IMG/VR virus record: IMGVR_UViG_3300017791_000355
Location: 1-64,000 of that record
Origin: a virus
Lineage: Duplodnaviria; Caudoviricetes
Direction: 5' to 3' (one strand)
DNA length: 64,000 nt
Below the pieces are notes generated by a model. It searched no databases. It was not told the origin of the DNA and saw nothing but the letters and a program-made list of their open reading frames with translations. The translations under genes and the position numbers were made by a program. Within the stretch, counting starts at the first letter, position 1. Every line of letters starts with the position of its first letter. Shown here piece by piece: positions 10,401-20,937 of this stretch.

Positions 10401-11994
10401 TCAGTTGAAGCAGTTCGAGGTCCTCGAGGTCCAGAAAGCTCTCCCCGATCTGCTCGCGGTGTACGAGGCGGCGTGTGCGTGGAAGGACGCGCCGCAAGGT
10501 CGCCGCATTCTCCAGCAGATGGACCTCGAAGACGCCATCGACTCGACCAGGAGCAAGTCGTGAGCGACGGTTGGCTCGACATCGGCGGCGACGAGTATCG
10601 CTGGTACATCGCGTGGTTCTTCGAGGACGACGGTGAGGGCGGCGCGCTCGGTGAGAGCACGCACACCGAGAAGGACCTCGAGAACGCGACACCCGAGGAC
10701 CGCGAGCACATCCTCGCGACGCTGACGGCCCAGAAGACAGAGGGCTGGGAACGCGGCAACTTCGGTGTGCTCACCTGGGAGTCGCTCACCAAGGCGAAGG
10801 CCGCGCTGCGCGCGGTGAAGGCCGCGCTGAAGTCCGACAAGGGCGGGAAGTGGCCAGAGTGGGCAGTCAAGGCGCAGGCGGCCGGCTGGAAGCCCCCGAA
10901 GGGATGGAAGCCGTGAGCTGCATCCACCCCGACGTCCGTCGCGCGCTCGAGCAGATCGACGCGGCGGTGTTCAGCGGCGACACGTTTCACGACGACGGGG
11001 CCCGCGCGGAGTTCTTCGAGTATCTCGTCGCGTGGCGCATGGAGATCGACGACCTCGAGGAGCAGGAACCGCTCGAGCAGGACGAGGACGAAGGAGAAGA
11101 CGAGTGAAGAAGGTGTACCGCTACAATGAGTACTTCGGTCGGATGGGTCGGCTGGAGAGTGTGTTCGTCGCGACCGACGAGGACGTCGAGGAGTTGCGTG
11201 AGTGCGGCGAGATCTACCTCGGCGAGGTTCTCGGCAAGCACTCCGAGATCTGGGCACTCGTCAACGACTCCACGCTGCGCGAGCTGACGGCAGACTCGGT
11301 CATCGTCGAGTTCATCGATACCGAGCTCAACGGCGTCATCGGTGTCGACCTGATCGGTGCGGCGGCAGATCAGATGGCACACGAGGACGACGAGGACGAC
11401 GATGAGTAAGCCTCGCCCCATGACCATCGAGGAGATGCGCGAGGCGTTCCTCGACCAACTCGAGACCTACGTGAACTACTGGACCACGATCCCGAATCCC
11501 ATGGGAGTCTCTGGCGAGACCGAGGCTCAGGCCCGGGTCCGCGGTCTGGCGTTTTCGTTTCTCGTGATGCTCGACGGCGGGACGCTCGACCTATCCGCGT
11601 TCAACCTCGTTCCCGTGATGCTCGACGGCGGGACGCTCGACCTGCCCGCGTTCAACCTCGTGCCCGACCCGCATCCCGATGACGAGGAGTTCCACCGGGA
11701 GGAGGGCGAGAATTGGTGGGTTCCCCAGGTCATCAACGACTGCCAGCTCCACGACGAGTGGTGCGCTCGCGGACGGAGGAAGAAGTGAACAAGAATGAGC
11801 TCTACGCTCTCCTCTGGGCGATCGAGCAGCTCCTACAGACCGCGCGATTCCAGGACGTCATCGGCATCCCGTGGGGTGGCGCGCCGCCGGGCGAGATTCG
11901 AATCTCTCAAGGTGCACGAGACAACCTCCTCGATCGCGTGCAGCGGTCGATGGCCGCGCTGGTCGCTGGTCCGGAGACGAGCGGGGACGGATGA
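7431..11994 (+). other. run of about 17 small, mostly translationally coupled hypothetical ORFs (7431-7658, 7655-7834, 7831-8169, 8172-8480, 8482-8709, 8706-9062, 9059-9259, 9259-9537, 9534-9743, 9740-10162, 10159-10344, 10351-10563, 10560-10916, 10913-11107, 11104-11409, 11402-11788, 11785-11994)
   Basis: ATGA/GTGA stop-start overlaps and GGAG RBSs; typical phage early region. Confidence 0.7.
11563..11664. repeat. 51-bp in-frame tandem duplication (VMLDGGTLDL[S/P]AFNLVP twice)
   Basis: Units start at 11563 and 11614. Confidence 0.9.
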
Positions 11995-12479
11995 GCGTCA
12001 TCTCCTTCACCAAGGTCTCGGGACCGTACGGCTACGGCTGGCTCAGCAACATGTCTCGACACCCGATCATGATCTCGAGCATGTGCTACCCGACCGCCGA
12101 GCACCTCTTCCAGGCGCTGCGGTTCCCGGTCGGCAGCCCGATCCGCGACGAGATCTGCACGCAGCGCTCGCCGATGTCCGCGAAGATGGTCGCCAAGAAG
12201 TACGTGAGTCAGATGATCGTGACTCCGCGCTCGGAGGTCGATGTCTTCAACATGCGCTTCGTGCTGCTCTGCAAGATCCACGAGCACCCGGAACTGATCC
12301 AGAAGCTTCTCGCGACCTACAACGCCGAGATCATCGAGGACGTCTCTTCTCGCCCGACCGAGAGTGGTCTGTTCTGGGGCGCTCGGAAGGTCGGGTCGGG
12401 TTGGTATGGCGAGAACCGACTCGGCAAGCTCTGGATGGGGATCCGTGAGGAGCACGCGCTGAGGAAGCAAGCCGGATGA
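11991..12479 (+). CDS. NADAR (YbiA-like) family protein
   Basis: YGWLSN, YPTAEHLFQALRF, IIED, FWG...GENRLGKLWM motifs. Confidence 0.88.
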   Translation: MSVISFTKVSGPYGYGWLSNMSRHPIMISSMCYPTAEHLFQALRFPVGSPIRDEICTQRSPMSAKMVAKKYVSQMIVTPRSEVDVFNMRFVLLCKIHEHPELIQKLLATYNAEIIEDVSSRPTESGLFWGARKVGSGWYGENRLGKLWMGIREEHALRKQAG

Positions 12480-12576
12480 TCGACGCGATCGGAGCCGCGA
12501 TGATGACGGTCGTTGGGGTCTGCCTCATCTACTTCCTGTCCCTCGTCGGGATGGGGATCCTGATCTGGTGGCTCAC

Positions 12577-12810
12577 GTGATCGACTTCGAGAAGTTCGTA
12601 GAGCAAACGAACGAAACTATAACCAATTCGAACTACCGATATCTCAATAATGTAACTCCGATTCAGTGGGGTCAGTTGAAGATAGTTCTCCAAGTATTGG
12701 TCGAGGTCGTCAACGCGGAACTCAAGTCGCGCGTGGAGCAGTGCGACACGCAGATCCTCGAGCGGGCGATGTGCGCGATCGGCGAGGAACTCGTCAGGAG
12801 GGGTGCCTAG
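12577..12810 (+). CDS. hypothetical protein (lower GC)
   Basis: ORF track; AT-richer codons. Confidence 0.55.
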   Translation: MIDFEKFVEQTNETITNSNYRYLNNVTPIQWGQLKIVLQVLVEVVNAELKSRVEQCDTQILERAMCAIGEELVRRGA

Positions 12811-13241
12811 TGTCTTTTCAGCGATGTCACTGTGGTCACTACAACGACGTTCACGACGACCGCGTCGGAGTCTGTCGACATGTCCATTCGAACTCGTGGT
12901 GCGCTTGTACGAAGTTTCGTGGTCGTGGCGACGCCCCGGAGGGCGCCGACCACGGACCCGAACCGCGTCCGGACTTGAAGTCCATCGCGAAGCCCGGCTA
13001 TCACCTCGCGACGATCGCAAAGGGCGAGCTCGGCGAGCTCTCGAAGATCCAGGAGGAGCTCGACGAGCTTCGGGACGCCGAGGCGCAGGGCGTGAAGATC
13101 ATGGCCCTAGTGGAGGCGTCCGACCTCATCGGTGCGATCGACGCGTGGTTGGCGAAGCACCACCCGCAGACTACGCTGGCGGACCTCGTTCTCATGCACG
13201 AGGTCACGCGTCGCGCGTTCGAGAATGGGAGAAGGAAGTGA
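12810..13241 (+). CDS. Cys/His-rich N-terminus plus MazG/HisE-like all-alpha NTP pyrophosphohydrolase
   Basis: SKIQEELDEL...VEASDLIGAI (EExxE...ExxD pattern). Confidence 0.6.
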   Translation: MSFQRCHCGHYNDVHDDRVGVCRHVHSNSWCACTKFRGRGDAPEGADHGPEPRPDLKSIAKPGYHLATIAKGELGELSKIQEELDELRDAEAQGVKIMALVEASDLIGAIDAWLAKHHPQTTLADLVLMHEVTRRAFENGRRK

Positions 13242-13888
13242 ACTACGCGAATCTCGCCCGCGCCCTAGAGTTCTACCAGGAGCGCGGCTACGTGTATCTC
13301 GACGACGTGCCGTGGACGGTATTCCACGGCGCGTACTACGCAACGAAGCCCGACGGCGCGAAGGACGTCCGTATATTCAACGACTCGCGAGACCTTCGCA
13401 ACCATCTCGATGACTCACCTGTTCAGTTCACCATCGAGTCGCACGACGAGCGCTTCCTCGTCGCTTCGGCCGAGCAGTCGTTCATTCAGATGATGATCGA
13501 CGGGCAAACCATCAAGCGGGCCATCGCGATCACCCCGTGCCATCGTGCCGAGCCTCGAGTCGACACACTCCACCGTCCGTACTTCATGAAGGCGGAGCTC
13601 ATCAACGCGCAGGACGTCGACGAGGGACATCTCGTGCACATGATCCACGATGCCTGCGCGTTCTTCGAGCAGTTTTTCTCCGTGCGCGTGGTGAGGACGA
13701 CGCCGACGCTCCTGGACGAACCCTCCTACGATATCGTCGAGAAGGGGTCTCGGTTTGAACTCGGGTCGTACGGTATCCGGCGCATGGAGATCGCAGGCAA
13801 GAAGTTGGACTGGATCTACGGCACCGCGTGCGCGGAGCCGAGGTTGTCGACCGCGATCCAGAAGCACCTGAAGTACGTGGGCCGGTGA
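13238..13888 (+). CDS. stand-alone class II aminoacyl-tRNA-synthetase-like (SerRS-like) catalytic domain
   Basis: LVASAEQS, motif 2 TPCHRAE...FMKAEL, ELGSYG, motif 3 GTACAEPRL; about 216 aa, no tRNA-binding arm. Confidence 0.75.
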   Translation: MNYANLARALEFYQERGYVYLDDVPWTVFHGAYYATKPDGAKDVRIFNDSRDLRNHLDDSPVQFTIESHDERFLVASAEQSFIQMMIDGQTIKRAIAITPCHRAEPRVDTLHRPYFMKAELINAQDVDEGHLVHMIHDACAFFEQFFSVRVVRTTPTLLDEPSYDIVEKGSRFELGSYGIRRMEIAGKKLDWIYGTACAEPRLSTAIQKHLKYVGR

Positions 13889-15016
13889 TGTTCGACTGCA
13901 TCGAGACACGCGATGAGTGGTTCGAGAAGTGGGAGCGAATACCGGACTACCTCGTTTTCTTGTTGGAGGATGAGACGAAGACGTTGGACGATTTGTGTCC
14001 GGGGTGGGAATGGGTAGGCCTGCACACGATCATCGGACGTAAGGAGGCAACTGGACAGTCACCGGACATCGTCTACGAACTCCCCAATGGAATCTTCGTC
14101 CGCGGCTGGGACATGACCGGCGCGATCTCGAGGTACGTATGAGTGACGACGAGGACCCAGGACCGCGCTTCACGACCGCACGTGTTGCGCGTGCGTATGT
14201 TCTTGAGGTGTGCGCGTCGATGCTCGACTCGCAACTCAATCATTATCCCGAGAACGTTGAAGGATGGATGTTCGGCGGCGTGGACCATCCCGAGGATCGT
14301 GAGCGAGTGACAGCTGAGATACGGCGACTTCAGGACTCGCTCTTGAAGCGTGCGGCGAAGCTTCGAGGCGAGCGATGAGATTTCCCGACGCGGAACTGCG
14401 TTACTTCCGGTTCATCCTCGGACTACCGTTCAGTGAGATCAACCACCTCGCGCGGACTCCGACTCAACCTCCACTCTTCCTCACTAGGAACTGGTGGACA
14501 GTGAGCGATTCGTGACCGAGGTTTGGTATCGCTACGAGGACGTCGCGTACTCCCACCTCAGCCTCGATGTGAACGGAGGCGAGAGCTACTACAGCACGCT
14601 CCGCGTCGAGCTCCGCGAGTTTGAGGTCGCGCGCCACACTCCGAAGGGCGTGTGGCTCCGGGTCGGGTGGGACGAGCGCTGGGTCGCGCGGTCCGCGCGA
14701 AAGCGCTTTGCGTGCCCGACCGTCGAGGAGGCTAGGGAGTCGTTCCGGGCGCGCAAGTTGAGACAGATGAAGATCCACGAGGCGCGGACGGATCGTGCGA
14801 GACGTGCGCTTCGCGAACTGGAGAACTCGATTGAACCTTGACCCGACCCAGGTCCAAGTCCCGCTGACCTGCCAGTGCCCCGGCGATTGGGACGTGTACG
14901 CGCTCGGCGAGCGGAGGTTCGACGCGAAGGGCAACCTGCGCGGCGTGGTCCTTCACGTCACCGTGTGTAAGTGCAACGCGCCGTCGCCCGAGTGGCTACG
15001 CACTAACTGGCGATAA
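13888..15016 (+). other. small hypothetical ORFs (13888-14142, 14139-14378, 14494-14841 and others)
   Basis: Coupled short ORFs. Confidence 0.55.
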
Positions 15017-15027
15017 CACTCCTGAAC

Positions 15028-16212
15028 ATGATCGACCCCACCCCCGCTCAGACCAAGGTCCTCCGCGAGATCCAGTCGTGGCTCGCGACGTCGACCAACC
15101 GCCGGAGCGCGCACCACGGCCAGGTTCGGGTCCTGACAGGCGCAGCAGGCACAGGGAAAACGAGTCTCGCCGCGCTCGCGGTCGAGGGGTACCGCGCTCG
15201 GTTCTGTGCGCCGACCGGCAAGGCCGCGCTCGTGCTTCGCGAGAAGGGGTGCGAGGGCGCGCGGACGATCCACTCGCTCATCTATCGCCCGCGCGAGGGG
15301 ATGAGCGGCGGGCAGAGAGTCGTGCGCTTCTCGGTCAACCCGAACGCCGAGCTCGGGCACGGAGACGTCGACGTGGTGGTCGCGGACGAGTGCAGCATGC
15401 TGTCTGGCGACTTGATGCGCGATCTGCTCTCGTTCGGGGTCCGCGTGCTGCTCCTCGGAGACCCGTACCAGCTACCTCCTGTCGACGATGGAGGTCGCCC
15501 CGCCGCGCGCCCCGGCGAGGTCGCGGGCTACCGGGCGGACTGGCACCTGGACGAGGTCCATCGTCAGGCGCGCGAGTCCGGGGTCCTGCGATTAGCGACG
15601 GACGTGCGAGAGGGCATGGGCATCGACCGTCGCGCGGGCGCGTACGGTCAGGACGTGTTGGTCGCTCGATCGGACGAGGTCGACGCGCTCGGCGTCGTCG
15701 CGGACGTCGACCAGGTCCTCGTGGGCACGCGGCGAGCTCGGAGGGACCTGAACGCGTGGGTACGGAAGGTCGCCGGAGCGGTCGATAACAGTCCAGTAGC
15801 GGGCGATAAGGTGGTCTGCAGGCTAAATAACGGTGATCTAGGCCTGATCAACGGCGGACAGTGGATGGTGACCGATACGAGTGTTCGATTGCACCAGAGG
15901 GACGTCGAGCACGTTCGTCTTCGGCTTGAGTCGCTCGGCGGGGACCCCGACGGCCCTCAGACGGTCGAGGTGACCTCCCACCCGCACTACTTCGAGGGTC
16001 GCGAGGAGTCGCTGAAAGCAGTCGCGTGGTCGGCCTCGAAGAAGCACCAGGAGTTCGACTACGCGTACGCGATGACTACGCATGCCGCCCAAGGATCCCA
16101 GTGGGACTCGGTCGCGGTGGTCGACGAGTCGAGCACGTTCGGTGCTGACGCGACGAGGTGGATGTACACGGCAGCGACTCGCGCGGCGAAGAGACTGGTC
16201 GTGCTGACGTGA
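15028..16212 (+). CDS. SF1B DNA helicase, Dda/RecD2-like
   Basis: GAAGTGKT, APTGKAA, ADECSM, GDPYQLPPV, EVHRQ, TTHAAQGSQW, YTAATRA. Confidence 0.93.
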   Translation: MIDPTPAQTKVLREIQSWLATSTNRRSAHHGQVRVLTGAAGTGKTSLAALAVEGYRARFCAPTGKAALVLREKGCEGARTIHSLIYRPREGMSGGQRVVRFSVNPNAELGHGDVDVVVADECSMLSGDLMRDLLSFGVRVLLLGDPYQLPPVDDGGRPAARPGEVAGYRADWHLDEVHRQARESGVLRLATDVREGMGIDRRAGAYGQDVLVARSDEVDALGVVADVDQVLVGTRRARRDLNAWVRKVAGAVDNSPVAGDKVVCRLNNGDLGLINGGQWMVTDTSVRLHQRDVEHVRLRLESLGGDPDGPQTVEVTSHPHYFEGREESLKAVAWSASKKHQEFDYAYAMTTHAAQGSQWDSVAVVDESSTFGADATRWMYTAATRAAKRLVVLT

Positions 16213-16751
16213 CCCGGCGCGAGAGACTCGATCGATGGCAGAGGGCCGGCGGGAACTGGTGGCGCGCCCGCGTACCCGTCGAGCTCTTCCGAATCGTTCA
16301 TCGGGTGAATATCGGCACCCGAGCCGTGGACTGGTCAGACGTCGCGCTCATCGAGCAGCTCGACTGGGTCAATCGTCACTGGGCGAGGAGGTGGGCGTGG
16401 TCGTTCCGCGCCGCCGCCTCGGTCGCACACGACGCGATGCTCGAGGGCCGGCGCGCGGACGCGATCGCGGTGTTGTGTGAGATCGTGTCGCTCGAGTGCG
16501 CTGTCAGATTGACGTCATCGCGCGAGGCGGTCGAAGTCGAGTGGGCGAGCGAGTGCATGCAGGTGCCGGTCGCGAAGAGCGATGATCGCGTGGACGCCAT
16601 GAGGTCACTGGTCGAGTTCGTGCGGCAGAGCTGGCCAGGTCTCGGATTTGGACAGTTCAATCGAACAGACGACACGATCTTCGATTACAGACTGCGCGAG
16701 TACCAGATCGACGCACTCGCGGAACAGTACCGGGTCTACCGCCACACGTGA
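16209..16751 (+). CDS. hypothetical protein
   Basis: GTGA-coupled to helicase. Confidence 0.55.
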   Translation: MTRRERLDRWQRAGGNWWRARVPVELFRIVHRVNIGTRAVDWSDVALIEQLDWVNRHWARRWAWSFRAAASVAHDAMLEGRRADAIAVLCEIVSLECAVRLTSSREAVEVEWASECMQVPVAKSDDRVDAMRSLVEFVRQSWPGLGFGQFNRTDDTIFDYRLREYQIDALAEQYRVYRHT

Positions 16752-16852
16752 CCTACGCCGATCACGCTCTCGAGAGTCCCGGTCGGTGGAGAGATCCACA
16801 GGCACGCGTCGATTTTTGAAAGTCTGTCGCGGTTCCGGGAGTTCCCCTGGTC

Positions 16853-17179
16853 GTGACGCAGATCGAGTTCGACGCCGCCATCATTGACTGGGCCGGTCGG
16901 GCTATCGTGATGAAGATCGCGATCCGTAGGTCCCAGGAACGCGAAAGTTTTCGTCGCTGGCGTGTAGCGAACCTCGAGAAGGAACGTGCGCGCAAGCGTG
17001 CCGACTACGCGACCAAGCCCGAGTACCGGGCCAGGATAATCGCGCAATCCAGTCGGTGGGCGCTCGAAAATGCGGAGCGCAAGCGTCAGCTCGACAAGGA
17101 AGCTGGTCAGAGGCGACGCACTCGAATAACGGAGCAGAAGTGGACCGACCTGATGAGTAAGAGGAGCAAGAAGAAGTGA
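16853..17179 (+). CDS. basic hypothetical protein
   Basis: ORF track. Confidence 0.5.
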   Translation: MTQIEFDAAIIDWAGRAIVMKIAIRRSQERESFRRWRVANLEKERARKRADYATKPEYRARIIAQSSRWALENAERKRQLDKEAGQRRRTRITEQKWTDLMSKRSKKK

Positions 17180-17784
17180 CCCAGAGCAAGACCTTCCAGT
17201 TCCAACAACGTTGGCGAGCGCTCGAGAAGTCGCAACGCGACCTCGACTTCGCCAAGGCACAGTTCGCGCGCGAGTTGCGTGCCGAGTTCCCCTCCGGCAA
17301 GACCGGGGACGGCGAGTTCATTTGGTGGTGTGAGACGGAACTCGGACTGACCGAGGGCCAGGTCCGAGCCGAGCTCCTGGCTCGCGCGGCGGCGATCGCG
17401 GTCGTCCCAGACGAGAAGACTTGGACTCAGGTCGGCGGGTTCAAGGCGATCCGCAAGATCGCGGAGGTCCCCGCGCGACGCGACCAGGTCGCGGTGATCG
17501 AGGCAGTCAAGGCATCGGGCAAGGCAGTCACGACGGTTCTGCGCGAACGGGGCCTGGACGGGCTTACGCCGGTTCGTTCGGTCTCGAAGCCGGTGAAGCC
17601 CCCGGTGGTCGTGACGATCCGCAAGACCTCGGTTCTCCCGCCGAGCACGCCCGCGAACGACGACGGCTCCGCCCGCGCGGACGCGATCGCGCTCTCGCAG
17701 TACGTCGCGCGGACCTGCAAGAACATTCCGCGGGAAATCATGAAGATCATCGCGAAGTACTCGCGCGAGTCGGCCGCAGCCTAG
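17176..17784 (+). CDS. hypothetical protein
   Basis: RBS and strong GC3 codon bias. Confidence 0.7.
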   Translation: MTQSKTFQFQQRWRALEKSQRDLDFAKAQFARELRAEFPSGKTGDGEFIWWCETELGLTEGQVRAELLARAAAIAVVPDEKTWTQVGGFKAIRKIAEVPARRDQVAVIEAVKASGKAVTTVLRERGLDGLTPVRSVSKPVKPPVVVTIRKTSVLPPSTPANDDGSARADAIALSQYVARTCKNIPREIMKIIAKYSRESAAA

Positions 17785-17856
17785 ATAGAGTCGAAATTCG
17801 ACTCGTGACGGTCGATTTCTGAAAGCGCCAATCCTGTCCAGGGGTTCTGACGCGAG

Positions 17857-18598
17857 ATGAAGCAAGACCCTGACTTCGAGACTACCCAGCCCATCCCGGT
17901 CGAGACCTTCGCCGAGGTCCTGACCCGCGGCTTCGACCAGGCTCCGCACGTCCGCTTCGACACGAGCGACGCTGTCCAGGATGCCTACGATGATCGCTCG
18001 AACGCGCTCGAGTTCGACAGGCTGCTGCGCAGTCAGCGACCTACGGTCGACATCCGGCCGATCCGTCTACGAGGAGACCGCCGGTGATCGGAGACTGGCA
18101 CGCGATCGTCGACGCGTTCAAGCAGGAGGTCTCCATTCTCCCCACGAGTGGACTCTTCCTGTTCATGCACGCCGGCCAGGACGATTTCCTGAAGATGGCG
18201 AAGACGGACTACGATCCCGGCGACCCGAACACCTGGCTGTCCGACGCGATTCTCTACGATCGCGTGCGCGAGCTCGCCGCGGTCGTGCTGGCGGAGGTCG
18301 ACCGCCGGATCCCGGTGCCGGCGTGATCCTGAAGTACAACGTGGGGGATGAGGTCGAGTGGAGAGACTATCTCGGCACTGGTAGATGGGTTCCCGCCAGA
18401 GTCGTGATCGTGCATCACGAGGACGATCGTCCTAGTGTTCCACCGTTTACTTTTGTGGAAGTTCGACTCTATAACGAACTCCGTCGGCGATGTTACGAGC
18501 CGGAGATCAAGACTTGTCTTCGCAAGAAGTGCGAGCGCCCGGTCGGTTGTCTGTCCGACTGCAGCAAGTTTGGTTGCGGCGGCGGGTGTTCGCAGTGA
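17857..18598 (+). other. three small hypothetical ORFs (17857-18087, 18084-18326, 18323-18598)
   Basis: Follow GTCCAGGG at 17836; coupled. Confidence 0.6.
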
Positions 18599-18654
18599 TT
18601 CCGAATTCCGAACTTTCTTGAAAGCTCGCGAGCCTCGGCGGAGTTCCCTGGACG

Positions 18655-19095
18655 ATGGCAAGATACACCGAGAAGAACGAGCGCGGATACGTTGTCCCCC
18701 GAGTCGGCGCCATCGTGCGCGACTCCCTGATCCTCCTTGGACTGCTGATAGCGGCCGGTATGTACGGCTGCCCTCGGTACGAGGTCTGGCAGCAAGGCTT
18801 GAAGGGTGAGGCCGAGCTCAAGCGCGCCGAGCAGAACCGCAAGGTGAAGGTCTACGAGGCCGAGGCCGAGAAGGATGCCGCGAAGCTCAAGGCCGAAGCG
18901 GAGGTCGAGCGCGCCAAGGGAGTTGCCGAGGCTAACCGGATTGTCGCCGACGGTCTCAAGGGCCACGACGAGTATCTGCGGTACCTCTGGATCGACAAGG
19001 TCGCGAACAACGCCGCGCGCGAGATCATCTACGTCCCGACAGAGGCCGCGCTTCCGATCCTCGAGGCCGGTAAGACGACCGGAGGCCCGAAGTGA
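18655..19095 (+). CDS. SPFH/band-7-related membrane protein (short phage type)
   Basis: TM segment, coiled coil, RAKGVAEAN...YLRYLWI...IIYVPTEAALPILEAG. Confidence 0.75.
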   Translation: MARYTEKNERGYVVPRVGAIVRDSLILLGLLIAAGMYGCPRYEVWQQGLKGEAELKRAEQNRKVKVYEAEAEKDAAKLKAEAEVERAKGVAEANRIVADGLKGHDEYLRYLWIDKVANNAAREIIYVPTEAALPILEAGKTTGGPK

Positions 19096-19653
19096 ACCAG
19101 ACGACATTGAACTGGGCCATCGAGCGCGCCGAGTCAGTGTGCAAAGGCGTGATTCAAAAGGACGAGCTGTACTGGCGGACATATGCCGAGGCGCTCGTGA
19201 TTCTGGCACGCAGGATCGCGACCTACCGAGATGGACTCGCTGGACTCGAGCACATCAGGACGCCAGAGGAATCGAAGTGAATGTTCGCCTGCAAGGTTAC
19301 ACAGAAGACGCGCGACTGATTGCGATGTCCAGGAACCGAGGTAAGCCCGTCCACATCCGCTCCGTCTACTGGGTGCGCGACTCCACTGGACAGGTAACTG
19401 GCGAGCGTGACTTCGTGTTCCCGACGACACCGGGAGGTGGAGAGTGATCGCCAGTGGACTGTTTCCAGAGGAACCAGTAATCGAATCTCGTCTTGAGTGG
19501 CCCGACCACGATTCGCTCTTCCAGCGTTTCGAGCAGCTCGACGCGTTGCTCGAGAAGGCCAGCGACCAGAGGGCGACCTTCCTGGACGTGTGGCGTGCCG
19601 CGCGAGACGCGCGCGAACTCGCGAAGTTCATTCGGATGCAGGTGCTGCGGTAG
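19092..19653 (+). other. three small hypothetical ORFs (19092-19280, 19277-19447, 19444-19653)
   Basis: GTGA coupling. Confidence 0.55.
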
Positions 19654-19656
19654 TAG

Positions 19657-20388
19657 TTACTTGTTCTTTTCACGAGCTTCGCGACGCTCGCCGTGTTTTA
19701 CGGGTTTTCCCTTGACGGTTTTCGGGGGTAGGGTTGCGTCAGCCACGAACTCACTGATGAGGAAGTACTTCTTCGCGTGACCGCCTCCGCTCAAGTCGAT
19801 GATTTTGTCGGTTCGTTGGACCTCGACGATCGCGCCTTGGACACGACTTTCGGCGGCGCCCGTGGCACGAACGACGTCTCTCGCCCACATTGGACGCTCT
19901 GAGAGTAGTCGTCGTACGACTTGAATCAATGTCGGCGTGTCGACTTCGTTGCCAACTCGCCAAGTCCAGATGGCACTGTCTTCGTATCCTACATTGTAGA
20001 CCAGATCCTCTTCCCGCAACGACTTGATGATCTCAGCTAACGCCTCCACCGGCTCTCTGATTGTTTTGGCGAGCTGCTTGATGTTCAGTGATTCCTTGGT
20101 CAAGGCCCAACGGATCCGGTCTCGGATGTCGTTCGATCGGTCGGCAGGGTCGGGTTCCACGGCCTGTAGTCTTGCCGGGGTATTGAGTTGTGCTCCCCGG
20201 GTGCGAGTAGCGGTTACCTGTTCACTAGAGTGTAGTTTTTCCACCACCCCTCCCAACCTGGTCACCTCGGCAATCAACTCGCGCATCTTCGTGTTGACTT
20301 GATCCCAGGATAGATCGGCCACCGTGTCTGGCGCGGTAGTTGGACGTTGCTCGACTTTCATTGGACCTCGACCCTCCGATCGCTTCAT
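19657..20388 (-). CDS. winged-HTH-like regulator, candidate repressor
   Basis: Divergent from xis/int; LNIKQLAKTI and MWARDVVRATG wHTH-like segments. Confidence 0.5.
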   Translation of the reverse strand: MKRSEGRGPMKVEQRPTTAPDTVADLSWDQVNTKMRELIAEVTRLGGVVEKLHSSEQVTATRTRGAQLNTPARLQAVEPDPADRSNDIRDRIRWALTKESLNIKQLAKTIREPVEALAEIIKSLREEDLVYNVGYEDSAIWTWRVGNEVDTPTLIQVVRRLLSERPMWARDVVRATGAAESRVQGAIVEVQRTDKIIDLSGGGHAKKYFLISEFVADATLPPKTVKGKPVKHGERREAREKNK

Positions 20389-20531
20389 TTGTCGTTCATC
20401 GTCATGTTGGAACCGTCCTCACACAATCTCGAAGAGATTTCTGAGTTTCTTGATGCATGGTCGGGACCATTCCCTGGACGAGTGAAGAATCGTTCGAAAG
20501 TTGAAAACGTTCGGTATTCGCTCGGAGTTCA

Positions 20532-20879
20532 TTGGGGGTGTCTCCAGAGTTCGTAGAGCAACTGCGCGCGTGGATCACAGGTGTGGCGCGTGAGGAGGTC
20601 ATCCGCGCACTGAGTGATCTAACGCAACCCACCGAGTATCTGTCTACACGAGAAGCTGCGTCGCTGGCCAGAGTTTCGTCTGGAACAATTCGTCGCTGGT
20701 TGCGGGATGGCCGGCTGGATAGGTGCGGCGGCGGCCGGGAAGTTCGCGTGCGACGTGACCAAATTCAGGCGCTGATGCAGGGCACTGGACAGCGAAAACT
20801 TCGTCGGTCTAACCCTTCTCGAACGCGAGCGAATCGCCTGTCTCCCGAGGAGGAGGCGAGGCGCGACCTCGGCCTGTGA
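20532..20879 (+). CDS. excisionase-like HTH protein
   Basis: EYLSTREAASLARVSSGTIRRWLRDGRL; directly upstream of integrase. Confidence 0.8.
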   Translation: MGVSPEFVEQLRAWITGVAREEVIRALSDLTQPTEYLSTREAASLARVSSGTIRRWLRDGRLDRCGGGREVRVRRDQIQALMQGTGQRKLRRSNPSRTRANRLSPEEEARRDLGL

Positions 20880-20937
20880 TGTTCGCTGGACGAATCCGGT
20901 TGACCCTCGCAGAGTCGGGAGTGTAAGTTCGTCCAGA

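Noticed and set aside
9833-11257. Long antisense ORFs (also 24208-25275, 46075-47772, 53624-54856, 62429-63760)
   Set aside because: Shadow frames opposite well-supported genes in high-GC DNA; no recognisable motifs.
13238-13888. Bona fide seryl-tRNA synthetase (serS)
   Set aside because: About half the normal length, without the tRNA-binding coiled coil.
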